Positions 8,783 to 18,702 of a stretch of 64,000 nt of DNA are shown here, piece after piece. The notes under the pieces were generated by a model, which did not search any database, was not told the DNA's origin, and saw nothing but the letters and a program-made list of their open reading frames with translations. The DNA is from Candidatus Peregrinibacteria bacterium (GTDB taxonomy: Bacteria > Patescibacteriota > Gracilibacteria > UBA1369 > UM-FILTER-53-11). The stretch spans positions 56,777-120,776 of the forward strand of contig JACPMA010000017.1 in assembly GCA_016186205.1 (NCBI GenBank), in the 5' to 3' direction. Positions within the stretch are counted from its first letter, which is position 1; every line of letters starts with the position of its first letter. The position numbers and the translations under genes are program-made.

Positions 8783-10942
8783 ATGGGAGATTTTTTACGC
8801 CCGCGTGATAGCACAGCAACTGTTATTGAAGAAGCGCTCGCTTCGCTCGCGCCTTTAGCGCAAGCTTGCCTAGATCGTCACGGTGAAGCCGCCGCAGGAG
8901 AACTCCGAGCGATATTTGGAAAAAGACTGCGCGATATAGCCCCAAGCAATGGAAATGGTAAAGTTGAACCAGAAACGGCATCCGAAACAGAACCGGAATT
9001 TGATGAAGACGAAGTTGTAGTTGCTGAACCGGATGAAACAGGTGAACCGGTAGAGCCGATTTTTGTAGAACGCAAGACAAAACGTCGGCGCAGAGATTTT
9101 GCGCGCGAGCTAATTCCGTATGAAGCTCGAGACGATACCGATCACATCATTATTGAACTCGAAAAGTCATTAATACGCCATGGCGTTCACGATATAAATG
9201 ATGTGTTTTTATATCTCCGCGGAATTTCCAGCATGAACACTCTATTCGGACTTTTTGAAAAAAGGCTCGGTGATGAAAAAAATGAAGAGCGCGAAACAAC
9301 ATCAACAATACGCCGCATACTGCGTACGGCGAAAATAATACTTGAAGCCTCGTGCAGCATCGAGGAGCAGGATTTTATACCGACAGGAGCGCTGCTCGCT
9401 TTGAAAAAATTATGCGAAGAATATTCCGTAAATTTTCTTGAGCTTGTTCCAACCATGTCTGTGCTTTCAGAAGCGAAGCGGAGCGGACATGATCGTTTCG
9501 AAGACACAAGTTTGCCCGAGGAATTTCGCGGAGCGGAAACCATGGGCTACGATCGTGATCCGCGCACCGCCCAGGGTTATATTTATAATCTTGCTGTTCG
9601 CATGTCGCAACGCGGGATTATATATCTTCTCATGCAAGGAATTTTGAAAGAGCATGAAACAAACGGCGGTAATTCTTCAGAGCTACGTGGGATTTATGCC
9701 GCCGGGCTCAAACAAATTTCACGGCAAATGAATCCGCGTGAAATTCGAAAAGCGCCGGCCATACTTCATTCCGGCAGCCTTGATAAAGATGGATTTAATA
9801 TGGCGGTAGAAAAAAGAGAATTGCCCGAAGGAATGTGGCGCCAGCAGACAGAAGTGCTGCAAGCTGTTTCCCGCGGACTCAAACAAGGCGAAAAACGGCT
9901 TTATTTTGAACTGCCTGCCGGTACCGGAAAAACGCTTATTCTCGCACTGCTTACAAAACTTCTCAATCCCGACGGCAATACTCTTGTGCTTGTTCCAAGC
10001 ACGCACCTTTCGCTCCAAGATCAGAGAGCTTTTGAGGAAACGCTCGAACGTAAAGATACTGGTCTCGTTTCGGGTTTCACCGCGGTTTTTGATCAGCCGA
10101 TAACAATCGGTACGTATGCTTCTTTTCAGAATTATGTACGGCGGAAAATGTTTCCTCGGGATAAATACGGTTTAGTTTTGTTTGATGAAGCGCATCGCTC
10201 GCTTTCACAGCAGCGGCAAGATATTGGCGAGTATTTTGATCAGGCTACGCTTATTGGAGCTACCGCCTCGAGTGAAGACATCAGCGGCAGAAGCGTTTCG
10301 GATATTTTGAAATGCGCGTATTTTATGTCTTTTCTTGACGGTATAAAAGCGGGAGTCGTTAATTCTATGCGCGTTCACCGTGTTCCAATGCCGATCCCTG
10401 CCGGAGATGAGCATGAACGCGCGGTGAAGAAAGATTTAGAAAATCGAAAAGCAACCATAACGAGCCTTTATCAAAGACACTGCAAGGGCAAACAAGCTGT
10501 TGTCATGATGGATAGCGTGGCTCGAACCGAAGCGGTTGCGGAAGCATTGAGGGGTGAAGGTATTAATGCGCAAGCGCTTCATTCAAAAATGCCGCGGCAT
10601 CTGACCATTTCTCGAGATGCGGAATTTCGGCAAGGCAGATTTTCCGTGCTTTGCGTTTGTGAAATGCTTACTGAAGGATGGGATTATCCCGAGCTGCGAT
10701 TTCAGATTCTCGGCGATCAAATCGGAACAGAGTGGGAAGTTTTGCAGCGCATCGGTCGTGTCGGCCGCAGACTGGAGGGAAAAGACGAGTCGCATATTTT
10801 TGAGCTCCGAGGAGGAGTTATTCGGCGCAGGGACAGCTTGGTTGAACTTCCGATGCAAACGCCGCTTGATAATGTTTTTCAAAATGCTTCTTTTGCCGGG
10901 CCGAAACAAGGGTTCTGGCCAAAAAATGTCTTTAAAATTTAA
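8783..10942 (+). CDS. SF2 DEAH-box helicase (ResIII/SSL2-like) with a long N-terminal extension
   Basis: Walker A LPAGTGKT, LVP, FDEAH, GATAS, LTEGWDYP, QRIGRVGR. Confidence 0.85.
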   Translation: MGDFLRPRDSTATVIEEALASLAPLAQACLDRHGEAAAGELRAIFGKRLRDIAPSNGNGKVEPETASETEPEFDEDEVVVAEPDETGEPVEPIFVERKTKRRRRDFARELIPYEARDDTDHIIIELEKSLIRHGVHDINDVFLYLRGISSMNTLFGLFEKRLGDEKNEERETTSTIRRILRTAKIILEASCSIEEQDFIPTGALLALKKLCEEYSVNFLELVPTMSVLSEAKRSGHDRFEDTSLPEEFRGAETMGYDRDPRTAQGYIYNLAVRMSQRGIIYLLMQGILKEHETNGGNSSELRGIYAAGLKQISRQMNPREIRKAPAILHSGSLDKDGFNMAVEKRELPEGMWRQQTEVLQAVSRGLKQGEKRLYFELPAGTGKTLILALLTKLLNPDGNTLVLVPSTHLSLQDQRAFEETLERKDTGLVSGFTAVFDQPITIGTYASFQNYVRRKMFPRDKYGLVLFDEAHRSLSQQRQDIGEYFDQATLIGATASSEDISGRSVSDILKCAYFMSFLDGIKAGVVNSMRVHRVPMPIPAGDEHERAVKKDLENRKATITSLYQRHCKGKQAVVMMDSVARTEAVAEALRGEGINAQALHSKMPRHLTISRDAEFRQGRFSVLCVCEMLTEGWDYPELRFQILGDQIGTEWEVLQRIGRVGRRLEGKDESHIFELRGGVIRRRDSLVELPMQTPLDNVFQNASFAGPKQGFWPKNVFKI

Positions 10943-10987
10943 AAATTTCCAGTACAATCAGATTAATTTATATAATTTATTTGAAAT

Positions 10988-11755
10988 ATGCCAAGAAATG
11001 CTCCTAGAGTCAGTCCGGACGTTAAGCGAGTGATTGCAGCCGCATATGAAGGCGCGCGTAAAGATCTTAAAGTACGTTTAGCGCAAGAAGAAGTTGATCA
11101 TCAGGCGCTTCAGGACGGTGCAGCAAAAGTGCGCAGAGCGATTGCCGTTATGCTTGGGCAGGATCAGCCGGATCATCCGGTTTTGGAAATAAAAGATGAT
11201 GAAGAATTTTTTGCCCGTATGCACAGAGCGTTTACGCTGCGGGATAAATTTTTGAATAAAGACGTTCTTGCGCTTCTTGAGCGTGTTGATGCAGCGGTGC
11301 GAAATGTAGGTATTTTACGCGAAGCCCTTGCGCCGCTTGATGGACGGGCTATGGATTTGAAGCGTCATCCTTCGCGTTCTGTGGTTAGTCATGCAACGAG
11401 AGAAAGAAAAAGAAACGGAGCCGCTAAGGACGTTGATAGCGATAGTGGCGATACTTTAACAGCAGGTCGTTATGGAAGACGCCGCGGAGAAGTTCGAGAT
11501 GCAATTTGGAAAGAATTGAAAAGGTGGGTTGATGGCGGCGAATCGGGACGATTTACCAATTCAGCAGCATTTCATGAAAGTATAGGATGTGACGACAGAA
11601 CCGGTCGTAGAGTTTTGGATTGGCTTGTTGAACAGAAGTTTTTGGAACAGCAGGGTGAACGTGCCGGAACCCATTACGTTCTTACTGCAAAAGGCAGAAG
11701 AGAATTATTACAACAGCATTCCGGCGGCCAAACCCGCGAGGCAGCAAGAGCCTAA
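10988..11755 (+). CDS. Hypothetical protein with a probable C-terminal winged helix
   Basis: C-terminal RTGRRVLDWLVEQKFLEQQGERAGTHYVLT resembles wHTH helix 3 plus wing. Confidence 0.55.
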   Translation: MPRNAPRVSPDVKRVIAAAYEGARKDLKVRLAQEEVDHQALQDGAAKVRRAIAVMLGQDQPDHPVLEIKDDEEFFARMHRAFTLRDKFLNKDVLALLERVDAAVRNVGILREALAPLDGRAMDLKRHPSRSVVSHATRERKRNGAAKDVDSDSGDTLTAGRYGRRRGEVRDAIWKELKRWVDGGESGRFTNSAAFHESIGCDDRTGRRVLDWLVEQKFLEQQGERAGTHYVLTAKGRRELLQQHSGGQTREAARA

Positions 11756-11781
11756 AAACCTAAGGAACCTAAATTCGTATC

Positions 11782-12297
11782 ATGAATTCTCTTCACTGGA
11801 TTATCGCCGCTGTCATTGCCCCGATTCCGCTTTTCCACCTTTGGCTCCACGCGCTCTTGCCTTTTTGGCGAAAGCGACCGCTGCTCATTTACTTTGTTAG
11901 TATTTTTGTATGGGCAGCCGCGCTTGCTTATTTTTATTGGCTGAATCTACGTTCCGAATACATTTTTGAATTTAATGCAGTGTGGCGGATCATCCTTGGA
12001 TATTTATTGATGGCTATCGGCACTGTAGGAATTTTTGCGAGCATCATCACCCTCGGCCCAAAACGGTTTTTTGTATGGGCTGTGCTCAAACCGCATTCAG
12101 TATCTGCGGCGCGCATCGAAAAAGGTCCATTCCGTTTTATTCCTCATCCGGCATATATCGGTTACCTTTTCGTCGCAGTAGGCAGCTTTATGAGCCGCGG
12201 ACAATTTTATTTGCTTTATCTCGTAATCTACCTTTTTATCCTCACGCCCATTGTCATTTATTTTGAAGAAGAAGAATTGCGTCGGCGTGTGCTATAA
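11782..12297 (+). CDS. Isoprenylcysteine-carboxyl / phospholipid methyltransferase family membrane protein
   Basis: Multiple TM helices; GPFRFIPHPAY.G and EEEEL motifs. Confidence 0.8.
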   Translation: MNSLHWIIAAVIAPIPLFHLWLHALLPFWRKRPLLIYFVSIFVWAAALAYFYWLNLRSEYIFEFNAVWRIILGYLLMAIGTVGIFASIITLGPKRFFVWAVLKPHSVSAARIEKGPFRFIPHPAYIGYLFVAVGSFMSRGQFYLLYLVIYLFILTPIVIYFEEEELRRRVL

Positions 12298-12304
12298 TAG
12301 ACAT

Positions 12305-12562
12305 GTGAAAAAGAACAAAAAGTTTATCTGGGATTATGATGTAAAGACGCTTAATTTAAAGGATAAAAAGACGATGCGATGGTATCTCGTCCGCAAGATT
12401 GAGTTCGGTGACTGGGCATCTCTCGACCGTGAGACTTTGGAGCGTTTTTTGCCGTCACTTCAGATACATCAAACAATGAAAAATCTTCTTCAGCTTTTTT
12501 TACATGAAAACCCTCCTCGACGCCACACAGAAAAAGTTTCTCGCCGCGTTTCAAAAAAGTGA
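12305..12562 (+). CDS. Small putative antitoxin partner of the AbiEii toxin
   Basis: FIWDYD...IEFGD motif; overlaps the AbiEii gene; GTG start 6 nt after TGCTATAAT. Confidence 0.65.
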   Translation: MKKNKKFIWDYDVKTLNLKDKKTMRWYLVRKIEFGDWASLDRETLERFLPSLQIHQTMKNLLQLFLHENPPRRHTEKVSRRVSKK

Positions 12563-13175
12563 ACTGGCAAAGTACTTTTACTGGACCGGCGGTACCCTCC
12601 TCGCAGAGGAATATCTGCACCATCGCTTTTCAGAGGATCTTGATTTTTTCTCCGACCGGCTTTTTTTTGACGAGTATATAGCTGCACAAATCGCCGAACT
12701 CCGCCGGAAAACCGGAGCAAAGAGCGTGCAAGAGGTGAAGCGGCTTAATCGCCGGCAGTTTGTTTTTGAATATGGGAAACGACAGCTTAAAGTAGAATTT
12801 GTTTATTTCCCGTTCCCGCGATTCGATAAACGGCAACATTCGAAGTGCTGGAAAATCAATATTGATTCATTACGTGACATTGCGGCAAATAAAACGCACG
12901 CGGCCTTTGAACGAAACGAACCGAAGGACGTTTTTGATTTTTATTGGATTATTCAAAGAGGGCGATTTTCGCTTTTGCAGTGCGTAAAATTCGTCGAAAA
13001 AAAACTTGGCGTCAAGATTGACCCAGTGACCCTGATTGCAAAATTAATTGATGCGCTGCCTTCCCTTCAGAATTTAACTCCGCTCATTACCGATAAAAAT
13101 CTTCTTCAACCGGAAAAAATGAAAAAGTATTTTGAGAAAAAAGCGCTTGCTTATCTCAAAAAAGAAATTCGGTAG
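12504..13175 (+). CDS. AbiEii/AbiGii-family nucleotidyltransferase toxin
   Basis: YWTGGTLL..YL.HRFSEDLDFF; IAANK..A...R..PKD.FD. Confidence 0.9.
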   Translation: MKTLLDATQKKFLAAFQKSELAKYFYWTGGTLLAEEYLHHRFSEDLDFFSDRLFFDEYIAAQIAELRRKTGAKSVQEVKRLNRRQFVFEYGKRQLKVEFVYFPFPRFDKRQHSKCWKINIDSLRDIAANKTHAAFERNEPKDVFDFYWIIQRGRFSLLQCVKFVEKKLGVKIDPVTLIAKLIDALPSLQNLTPLITDKNLLQPEKMKKYFEKKALAYLKKEIR

Positions 13176-13181
13176 CTTATA

Positions 13182-14030
13182 TTAGCTATGTTTAAAATCT
13201 AAACACGCCGAATTGATACAGAATCGTTTTCCGGTTTTTTCCTTTGGGCCGTCATCGAACACATGCCCAAGATGGCCTCCGCAATTTGCGCATGTGGCTT
13301 CAACGCGCAACATGCCGTGACTGCTATCATCGTGTAATTTTACTGCATCTGCTTTTACTGCATCCCAAAAACTCGGCCATCCGCTTCCGGAGTCATACTT
13401 CGTGTCCGATGAAAAAAGATTTGCACCGCAGCCGGCACATACATACATTCCTTTTTCGTGATGTTTATAAAATTTGCCGGTAAAAGCAGTTTCCGTGCCT
13501 TTCTCTCGGAGTATGCGGTATTGCTCCGGCGTAAGTTTTTCTTTCCAGTATTTTTCGTCTTGCGGCATACCTCCGCGTTTTATCAAATACTTTTGGTGAT
13601 ATTCTTCGGCTCGATAAAATTGAGCAACAGGCGTAATTTCCGTAACAATCGGCAATTTCCACTTTCCTAATTTTTCTAAAGCGGCTTTCGATTCTTCCGC
13701 AGCCGTCTTTTGCTCCGGCGTGTGATAAAAAATCACAGAGCGATATTGATCGCCGATGTCCGGCCCTTGCCTGTTTTTTGTAGTCGGGTTATGGGAATTC
13801 CAAAAAACATCCAGAAGTTTTTCGTAGGAAATTTTTGCGGGATCATATTGAATTTGTACCGTCTCTGCATGGCCAGTTGTATGACTGCACACATCTTCAT
13901 AGGTAGGATTTTGCAGAATGCCGCCCATGTAGCCGACAGCAGTTTCTTTTATGCCGGGCAATTTGCGAAACACCTCTTCAACTCCCCAGAAACATCCAGC
14001 GCCAAATGTTGCATATGATATATTATACAT
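13182..14030 (-). CDS. msrAB: Peptide methionine sulfoxide reductase MsrA-MsrB fusion
   Basis: MsrA motifs [17 protein letters not shown]; MsrB motifs GWPSF, HLGHVF.DGP, RFCINS. Confidence 0.95.
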   Translation of the reverse strand: MYNISYATFGAGCFWGVEEVFRKLPGIKETAVGYMGGILQNPTYEDVCSHTTGHAETVQIQYDPAKISYEKLLDVFWNSHNPTTKNRQGPDIGDQYRSVIFYHTPEQKTAAEESKAALEKLGKWKLPIVTEITPVAQFYRAEEYHQKYLIKRGGMPQDEKYWKEKLTPEQYRILREKGTETAFTGKFYKHHEKGMYVCAGCGANLFSSDTKYDSGSGWPSFWDAVKADAVKLHDDSSHGMLRVEATCANCGGHLGHVFDDGPKEKTGKRFCINSACLDFKHS

Positions 14031-14062
14031 GTGAAGAGTATAATTACCGTTTGAAAACAATT

Positions 14063-14680
14063 ATGCAATACGATGTCCTCGCATCGCAAGATGCAATTGA
14101 TAAAACAATGAAGGCGCTCACTGGGCGCGGTTTGCTTCCAGAATCAGCCGCGTCCAGGACTGAAGCGCTTTCGAAAATCAAAGAACTTATTCCTGCAGGA
14201 GCGTCGATCTTGAACGGTTCCTCGCGTACGCTGGAGGAAATCGGTTTAGTTCAATATCTAAAAGATGGAAAGCACGGCTGGAATAATCTACATGAAGCCA
14301 TTCTTGCAGAGAAGGATTCGGCCAAACAGGCAATTCTGCGCAAACAATCGGTACTGTCCGATTTTTATTTAGGAAGTGCACATGCCGTAGCGGAAACAGG
14401 GGAAATCGTAATTGCATCCAATTCGGGCAGCCAATTACCTCACCTTGTATTTACTTCGCCAAATATTATTCTTGTCATAGGCGCTCAAAAAATCACGCCA
14501 GATATTAATACGGCAATAGCTCGTGTCCGTGAGTATGTCTTACCGCTTGAAGATCAGCGTATGAAAAGCGTCGGTATGGGCGGAAGCTTCATTTCTAAGC
14601 TCCTGATCTTCGAGAAGGAACAGCCGTTCATGAATAGAAAAGTTCACATTCTGTTTGTGAATGAACGATTAGGATTCTAA
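14063..14680 (+). CDS. LUD-domain (lactate utilisation / YkgG-like) protein
   Basis: GSS.TL.EIG, D.YLGS.HA..E.GE, GAQKI, ..E.LGF C-terminus. Confidence 0.75.
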   Translation: MQYDVLASQDAIDKTMKALTGRGLLPESAASRTEALSKIKELIPAGASILNGSSRTLEEIGLVQYLKDGKHGWNNLHEAILAEKDSAKQAILRKQSVLSDFYLGSAHAVAETGEIVIASNSGSQLPHLVFTSPNIILVIGAQKITPDINTAIARVREYVLPLEDQRMKSVGMGGSFISKLLIFEKEQPFMNRKVHILFVNERLGF

Positions 14681-14781
14681 TTATTCCTCGCGCCTTAGCG
14701 TTTGCGCGCGACAGACTGTTTTTTACGCCTCGCTAAACTCGCTCGGCGGCGCAAAATATGATTTCATCCTGTTTTGCGTGT

Positions 14782-14871
14782 TGGCGGAGGGAGAGGGATT
14801 CGAACCCTCGAGACTATTGCTAGCCTACGCGCTTTCCAAGCGCGCGCACTCGGCCACTATGCGATCCCTCC
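14782..14871 (-). tRNA. tRNA-Ser (GGA)
   Basis: Reverse complement GGAGGGATCGCATAGTGG...CGCGC-TTGGAAA-GCGCG, long variable arm, GGTTCGAATCC, ending CCA. Confidence 0.95.
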
Positions 14872-14972
14872 AATTTATAAGCTCAACTTCGTTCAGAACT
14901 GGCTGAGCCAGATTCTTCACTCGTTTCGCGCTCGCGCCGTGCGCTCGCAATAATGAAGAACCTATTTATAGC
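14872..14972 (+). repeat. ~100-bp tRNA-associated repeat, copy A
   Basis: AATTTATAAGCTCAACTTCGTTCAGAACTGGCTGAGCCAGATT... matches the reverse complement of ~52913-53012. Confidence 0.85.
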
Positions 14973-15101
14973 TGGAAATTTAAATAACGCCGCTATTATA
15001 GCGGTTAGACGGTGAAAATTACAGGTTAGAATTCACTCTTAAGAGTGATGGATTCGATAATGCATCCATATTGCAAGACAGCACTTTTAACCGGTTTTGT
15101 T

Positions 15102-15296
15102 TTATCTCGGTGCCTTCACCATAGTTCGCAAACACCCTGTGCAGATTTTTTTCAGCACGAGCTTTCCGGTCGCCGAGTCAAACACGCGTTTTTTCATGAT
15201 ATTCGGTTCAAACCGCCGGAGCGTCTTTATATTCGAGTGGCTCACACGATGCCCGACTGATGGTTTTTTTCCGCATTGTTCGCACACTTTGGCCAT
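15102..15296 (-). CDS. rpmB: 50S ribosomal protein L28
   Basis: MAKVCEQCGK...VSHSNIKT.RRF.PN...ICTGCLRT. Confidence 0.95.
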   Translation of the reverse strand: MAKVCEQCGKKPSVGHRVSHSNIKTLRRFEPNIMKKRVFDSATGKLVLKKICTGCLRTMVKAPR

Positions 15297-15336
15297 AGCC
15301 AACCTACCTTAATATAGAGTTTATCTAAACGCAAGA

Positions 15337-16101
15337 TTAAGTGAGGAATCTTGCACGATGCTCTTCTGCAAATTGTCTATTTCCTATGATAATTTTCCTA
15401 CTTTCTTGATCAAATATAATTACCCACGGTCCTACTCTATAAGAATCTTTTTCTTTAAGTTTATCTATTTTGCCGCCTTCGTCTCCTGCCCTAAGTGTTT
15501 TTTCTAACAAAGCCGTCACAGCTGGTCCGCATACGCCGGGCACTTCGCGTGAATCTAATTTAAAATCCATAACCGAAAAACCGGCTTCTGCTACGAGTTC
15601 TATATATTCATCCATAACATCCGGACCTCGCAAAAATGCAAAAGTCCGTTCATCAGGGCTATATATCAATTTATGATTCGAAAAAGCATGCGTAAGTCTT
15701 GCGGTTAGATCTCTCTGCGCTTCTGCCCTATCCGGCTCGCGCTCAAAATCTCCGTAACGCCCTACATCTCTCTCCGATTGATCATCGCCATGATCTGTTC
15801 TTGCAGTCGCAAGCGCTTCTTTTCTTACAGTATCCCTATATATTGTAAGACTTGGTTCATCAAGCCTAAAACGTTTTGGATGAAGTGGAACTGCAAATCT
15901 ATTAACGCCAAATTGCGTTTGCAAAGTATTATTGGCACCAATCATTAAACGACCGTCTTCCATATCGCCACTCGCCAATACTTGAGTGGTATCGACGACT
16001 TGCAGCCTTACCCCGGGATGACTTTTTAAAAATTGAATCAGGCAATTTGCATCCTGCGGAGAAAGAGATTCATTCGGTCCTTCAGCATCATTAATTGGCA
16101 T
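15337..16101 (-). CDS. Hypothetical protein
   Basis: 254-aa ORF; no motif recognised. Confidence 0.6.
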   Translation of the reverse strand: MPINDAEGPNESLSPQDANCLIQFLKSHPGVRLQVVDTTQVLASGDMEDGRLMIGANNTLQTQFGVNRFAVPLHPKRFRLDEPSLTIYRDTVRKEALATARTDHGDDQSERDVGRYGDFEREPDRAEAQRDLTARLTHAFSNHKLIYSPDERTFAFLRGPDVMDEYIELVAEAGFSVMDFKLDSREVPGVCGPAVTALLEKTLRAGDEGGKIDKLKEKDSYRVGPWVIIFDQESRKIIIGNRQFAEEHRARFLT

Positions 16102-16160
16102 ACAGTCTTCATATTAATAAAATAAAAAAGATTTTGTCAACAGTATGATATACTCCGGCC

Positions 16161-16790
16161 GTGATCGATCTTCTTTCCATTATCATCGCCATCGTATTTT
16201 GCGTAACAATTCACGAATTTTGCCATGCGTGGATGGCGAATCGTTTGGGAGATCCGACCGCGCGCGTTTTCGGGCGTTTGAGCCTCAATCCTTTGCGGCA
16301 TTTTGACCTTGTCGGAACGCTTTCGCTCATTTTTTTCGGCATCGGTTGGGGCAAGCCGGTGCCGTATAATGAAGAAAATTTACGTTCACCCAAGCGCGAT
16401 GGCGCTTTGATTGCTCTTGCCGGACCGATTTCGAATTTGCTCACTGCGATTGTTTTTGCAATTCCTTTAAAATATTTGAGCGATACCGGTTTTCGCACAT
16501 TCCCGCTCTATAACCTCATATATTTTTTGTTTAATTTCAGCGTAGTTCTTTTTGCGCTGAATGTGCTTCCGTTTCCGCCGTTTGACGGCTCGAAAATCAT
16601 CGGTCTTTTTGTGCCGCGGCGTTTTCACCGCGCCTACGAAATTTATTTGAAAGAAGGCGTAAAATACATCATTATTTTTATTCTTTTTGATGTGTTTGTG
16701 CTGGAGAGGTCATTTAATTTTTCAGTTTTAGGCTCGGTTTTAGGCAAGATGGTTTTTTGGATCAAGGCGATTATTTACGCTGGGACGTGA
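16161..16790 (+). CDS. Site-2 protease (M50 family)
   Basis: HEFCH, GDPT, AGP.SN, NVLPFPPFDG. Confidence 0.92.
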   Translation: MIDLLSIIIAIVFCVTIHEFCHAWMANRLGDPTARVFGRLSLNPLRHFDLVGTLSLIFFGIGWGKPVPYNEENLRSPKRDGALIALAGPISNLLTAIVFAIPLKYLSDTGFRTFPLYNLIYFLFNFSVVLFALNVLPFPPFDGSKIIGLFVPRRFHRAYEIYLKEGVKYIIIFILFDVFVLERSFNFSVLGSVLGKMVFWIKAIIYAGT

Positions 16791-17325
16791 CTTGTATTTG
16801 ATAGCCGAAATAATACAAAAATATCCGCGCCCATTTTCTACGTATCTCAAGCCGATGGGTATGTACAAATTGCTCGATGTCCCTTTGTGTGATTGTGTTT
16901 GGCGGATGTGAAGCTAAACCGCATAAGTTTGTAAGCTTTACCATGAAGCGATAAGGTTCAGATAATAAAATAAGTCCACCTGGCTTTGTGCATCTTAAAG
17001 CCTCTTCCAGCGCTCGTCGAAAATCATTAATGTGGTGCAAAACTCTCAAAAATACAACTACATCAAATTCATCGTTACCAAATGGCAAATCCGTAGCCGA
17101 TGCTAACAAGTCTAAATTCGGGAAGTGCTCAATATCTACATTAACAATTTCTCCTGCTGGCTGTCCGAGCAATTCATCAGTGAGATTTGTACGGCCAGCC
17201 CCGACGTTTAATATCCTTTTATCCCGTAAGTCGAGACCTGATACCAAAGCGCCTACTTCTTTTTTTCTTTGAGTAGCCCAGTATCGTGATTCTATAACAG
17301 TTCTTTCCAGTGCTTTTAGCGGCAT
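16771..17325 (-). CDS. Class I SAM-dependent methyltransferase
   Basis: ILNVGAG, LPF....FD.V....VLHH, KPGG. Confidence 0.85.
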   Translation of the reverse strand: MPLKALERTVIESRYWATQRKKEVGALVSGLDLRDKRILNVGAGRTNLTDELLGQPAGEIVNVDIEHFPNLDLLASATDLPFGNDEFDVVVFLRVLHHINDFRRALEEALRCTKPGGLILLSEPYRFMVKLTNLCGLASHPPNTITQRDIEQFVHTHRLEIRRKWARIFLYYFGYQIQVTSQRK

Positions 17326-17363
17326 AAGAAGCGATTATAGCAGTAAAGCGCGATTGCTCCCAC

Positions 17364-17480
17364 GTCCGTACGTACAGACATAAATTGTCACATTATTTCA
17401 TCAAGTCAAAAACCATCCTGGGACGGCATAGGTTTTTTAGCGAAAACAGTTCGCATAAGAATCTGTGCACGTGCACACTT
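17364..17480. repeat. Pair of short palindromes (GTCCGTACGTACAGAC; TGTGCACGTGCACA)
   Basis: At 17364-17379 and 17464-17477; related to 38051-38068 and 29441-29460. Confidence 0.6.
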
Positions 17481-17861
17481 TTGCTATCGTTTTTTGGCTT
17501 AAGAAAGCCGTTTTGATTTCGAAAATCGCATAATCTAGAGTCGATCAAAGCAACTTTCTTAAGACTCTGCAATACATCTTTCTTGAATCACGCAGAAAAA
17601 AAGTTCATCATCTGAAGCCCAATAGAAAACTCTGTGGTGTTCGTTGGCCCACTGCATACGAACTCTTCCTATCACACTAAGGGAGTCTGAATATTCACCC
17701 ACTTTGGTGGCTGGATGAAGACACCCACCTGCAGTTACAGAGATTCCGTATCTCCTGGGCTCACACGACATTATGGAGTTTTTTCGTATTACTAAACTCG
17801 ATTTCGCACAAATTTAGTTTTCTGTTAAAATTCCACCCGCTTTGTTCTTTAAAGTAAGCAT

Positions 17862-17937
17862 GCCGCGATAGCTCAGCTGGTAGAGCACGTCCATGGTAAG
17901 GACGGGGTCACGGGTTCAATTCCCGTTCGCGGCTCCA
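17862..17937 (+). tRNA. tRNA-Thr (GGT)
   Basis: GCCGCGATAGCTCAGCTGGTAGAGC-A-CGTCC-ATGGTAA-GGACG...GGTTCAATTCC...CCA. Confidence 0.95.
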
Positions 17938-17953
17938 TTCGATATTGTCCATT

Positions 17954-18586
17954 CTATTTGTTTTTATAATAAGCGATTTGATCCATGCCCGGCGCTTTAC
18001 CGGCGGCAATTTTTATAATAAGATCGGCAACTTGTTCCGCAGTCGGTTCGCCGCCGTTTGTTCCATAATGCTCGAGGTCATGCGGCAACGGAATTCCAAA
18101 TTGTTCTTCTAGCGCATCTCGCACTTGAGTCCAAGTTACATCGGCATCCTGTATAAGCGCATCGGCATAAATAATGACATTGTCTCGCGTTGTTTTCTTC
18201 CCATTTATTTCTATGATGCCTTTCGTTAAAATCCGCATTTCCGTAGGGGCGGTTTCCGGCAGCGGCCGTAAAGGCATGCGCCATAATTTTGCAGCTTCCG
18301 GTTCTTGAGTGAAATCCACCGGTGGTGTTTTGCCTGCAGTAGCAGCTCTGTCCATAGCGCGTGTGCCGGTTTTCGCCTGCTGTGCGCCCTTAGCGCGCAG
18401 CGCATCAAGTTCTTTTTGCATGTCCGGAGTTAAAAGCCCGACTGCTTCAATGGACTCTAATTTTAAAAGCGCATCTCGATCCGCATCCGAATTTTGGCCA
18501 CCGCTACCTTGACGATCTTTTTCAGGAGTTTCTGTTTTAAAAATAAATCGCGTTTCACCGATAATAAAATTGAATTTTTGTATCAT
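17954..18586 (-). CDS. Hypothetical protein
   Basis: 210-aa ORF with an extended -10 upstream. Confidence 0.6.
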   Translation of the reverse strand: MIQKFNFIIGETRFIFKTETPEKDRQGSGGQNSDADRDALLKLESIEAVGLLTPDMQKELDALRAKGAQQAKTGTRAMDRAATAGKTPPVDFTQEPEAAKLWRMPLRPLPETAPTEMRILTKGIIEINGKKTTRDNVIIYADALIQDADVTWTQVRDALEEQFGIPLPHDLEHYGTNGGEPTAEQVADLIIKIAAGKAPGMDQIAYYKNK

Positions 18587-18702
18587 AATATTTATTTATT
18601 AATTTTTAGGCTGTATGTATTATTTTAACATAAAAATATCTAATAGGCAAATTAAATATTTTGATTTCATTTGTTATTTAACAATATAATTTGCTTCCTT
18701 TT

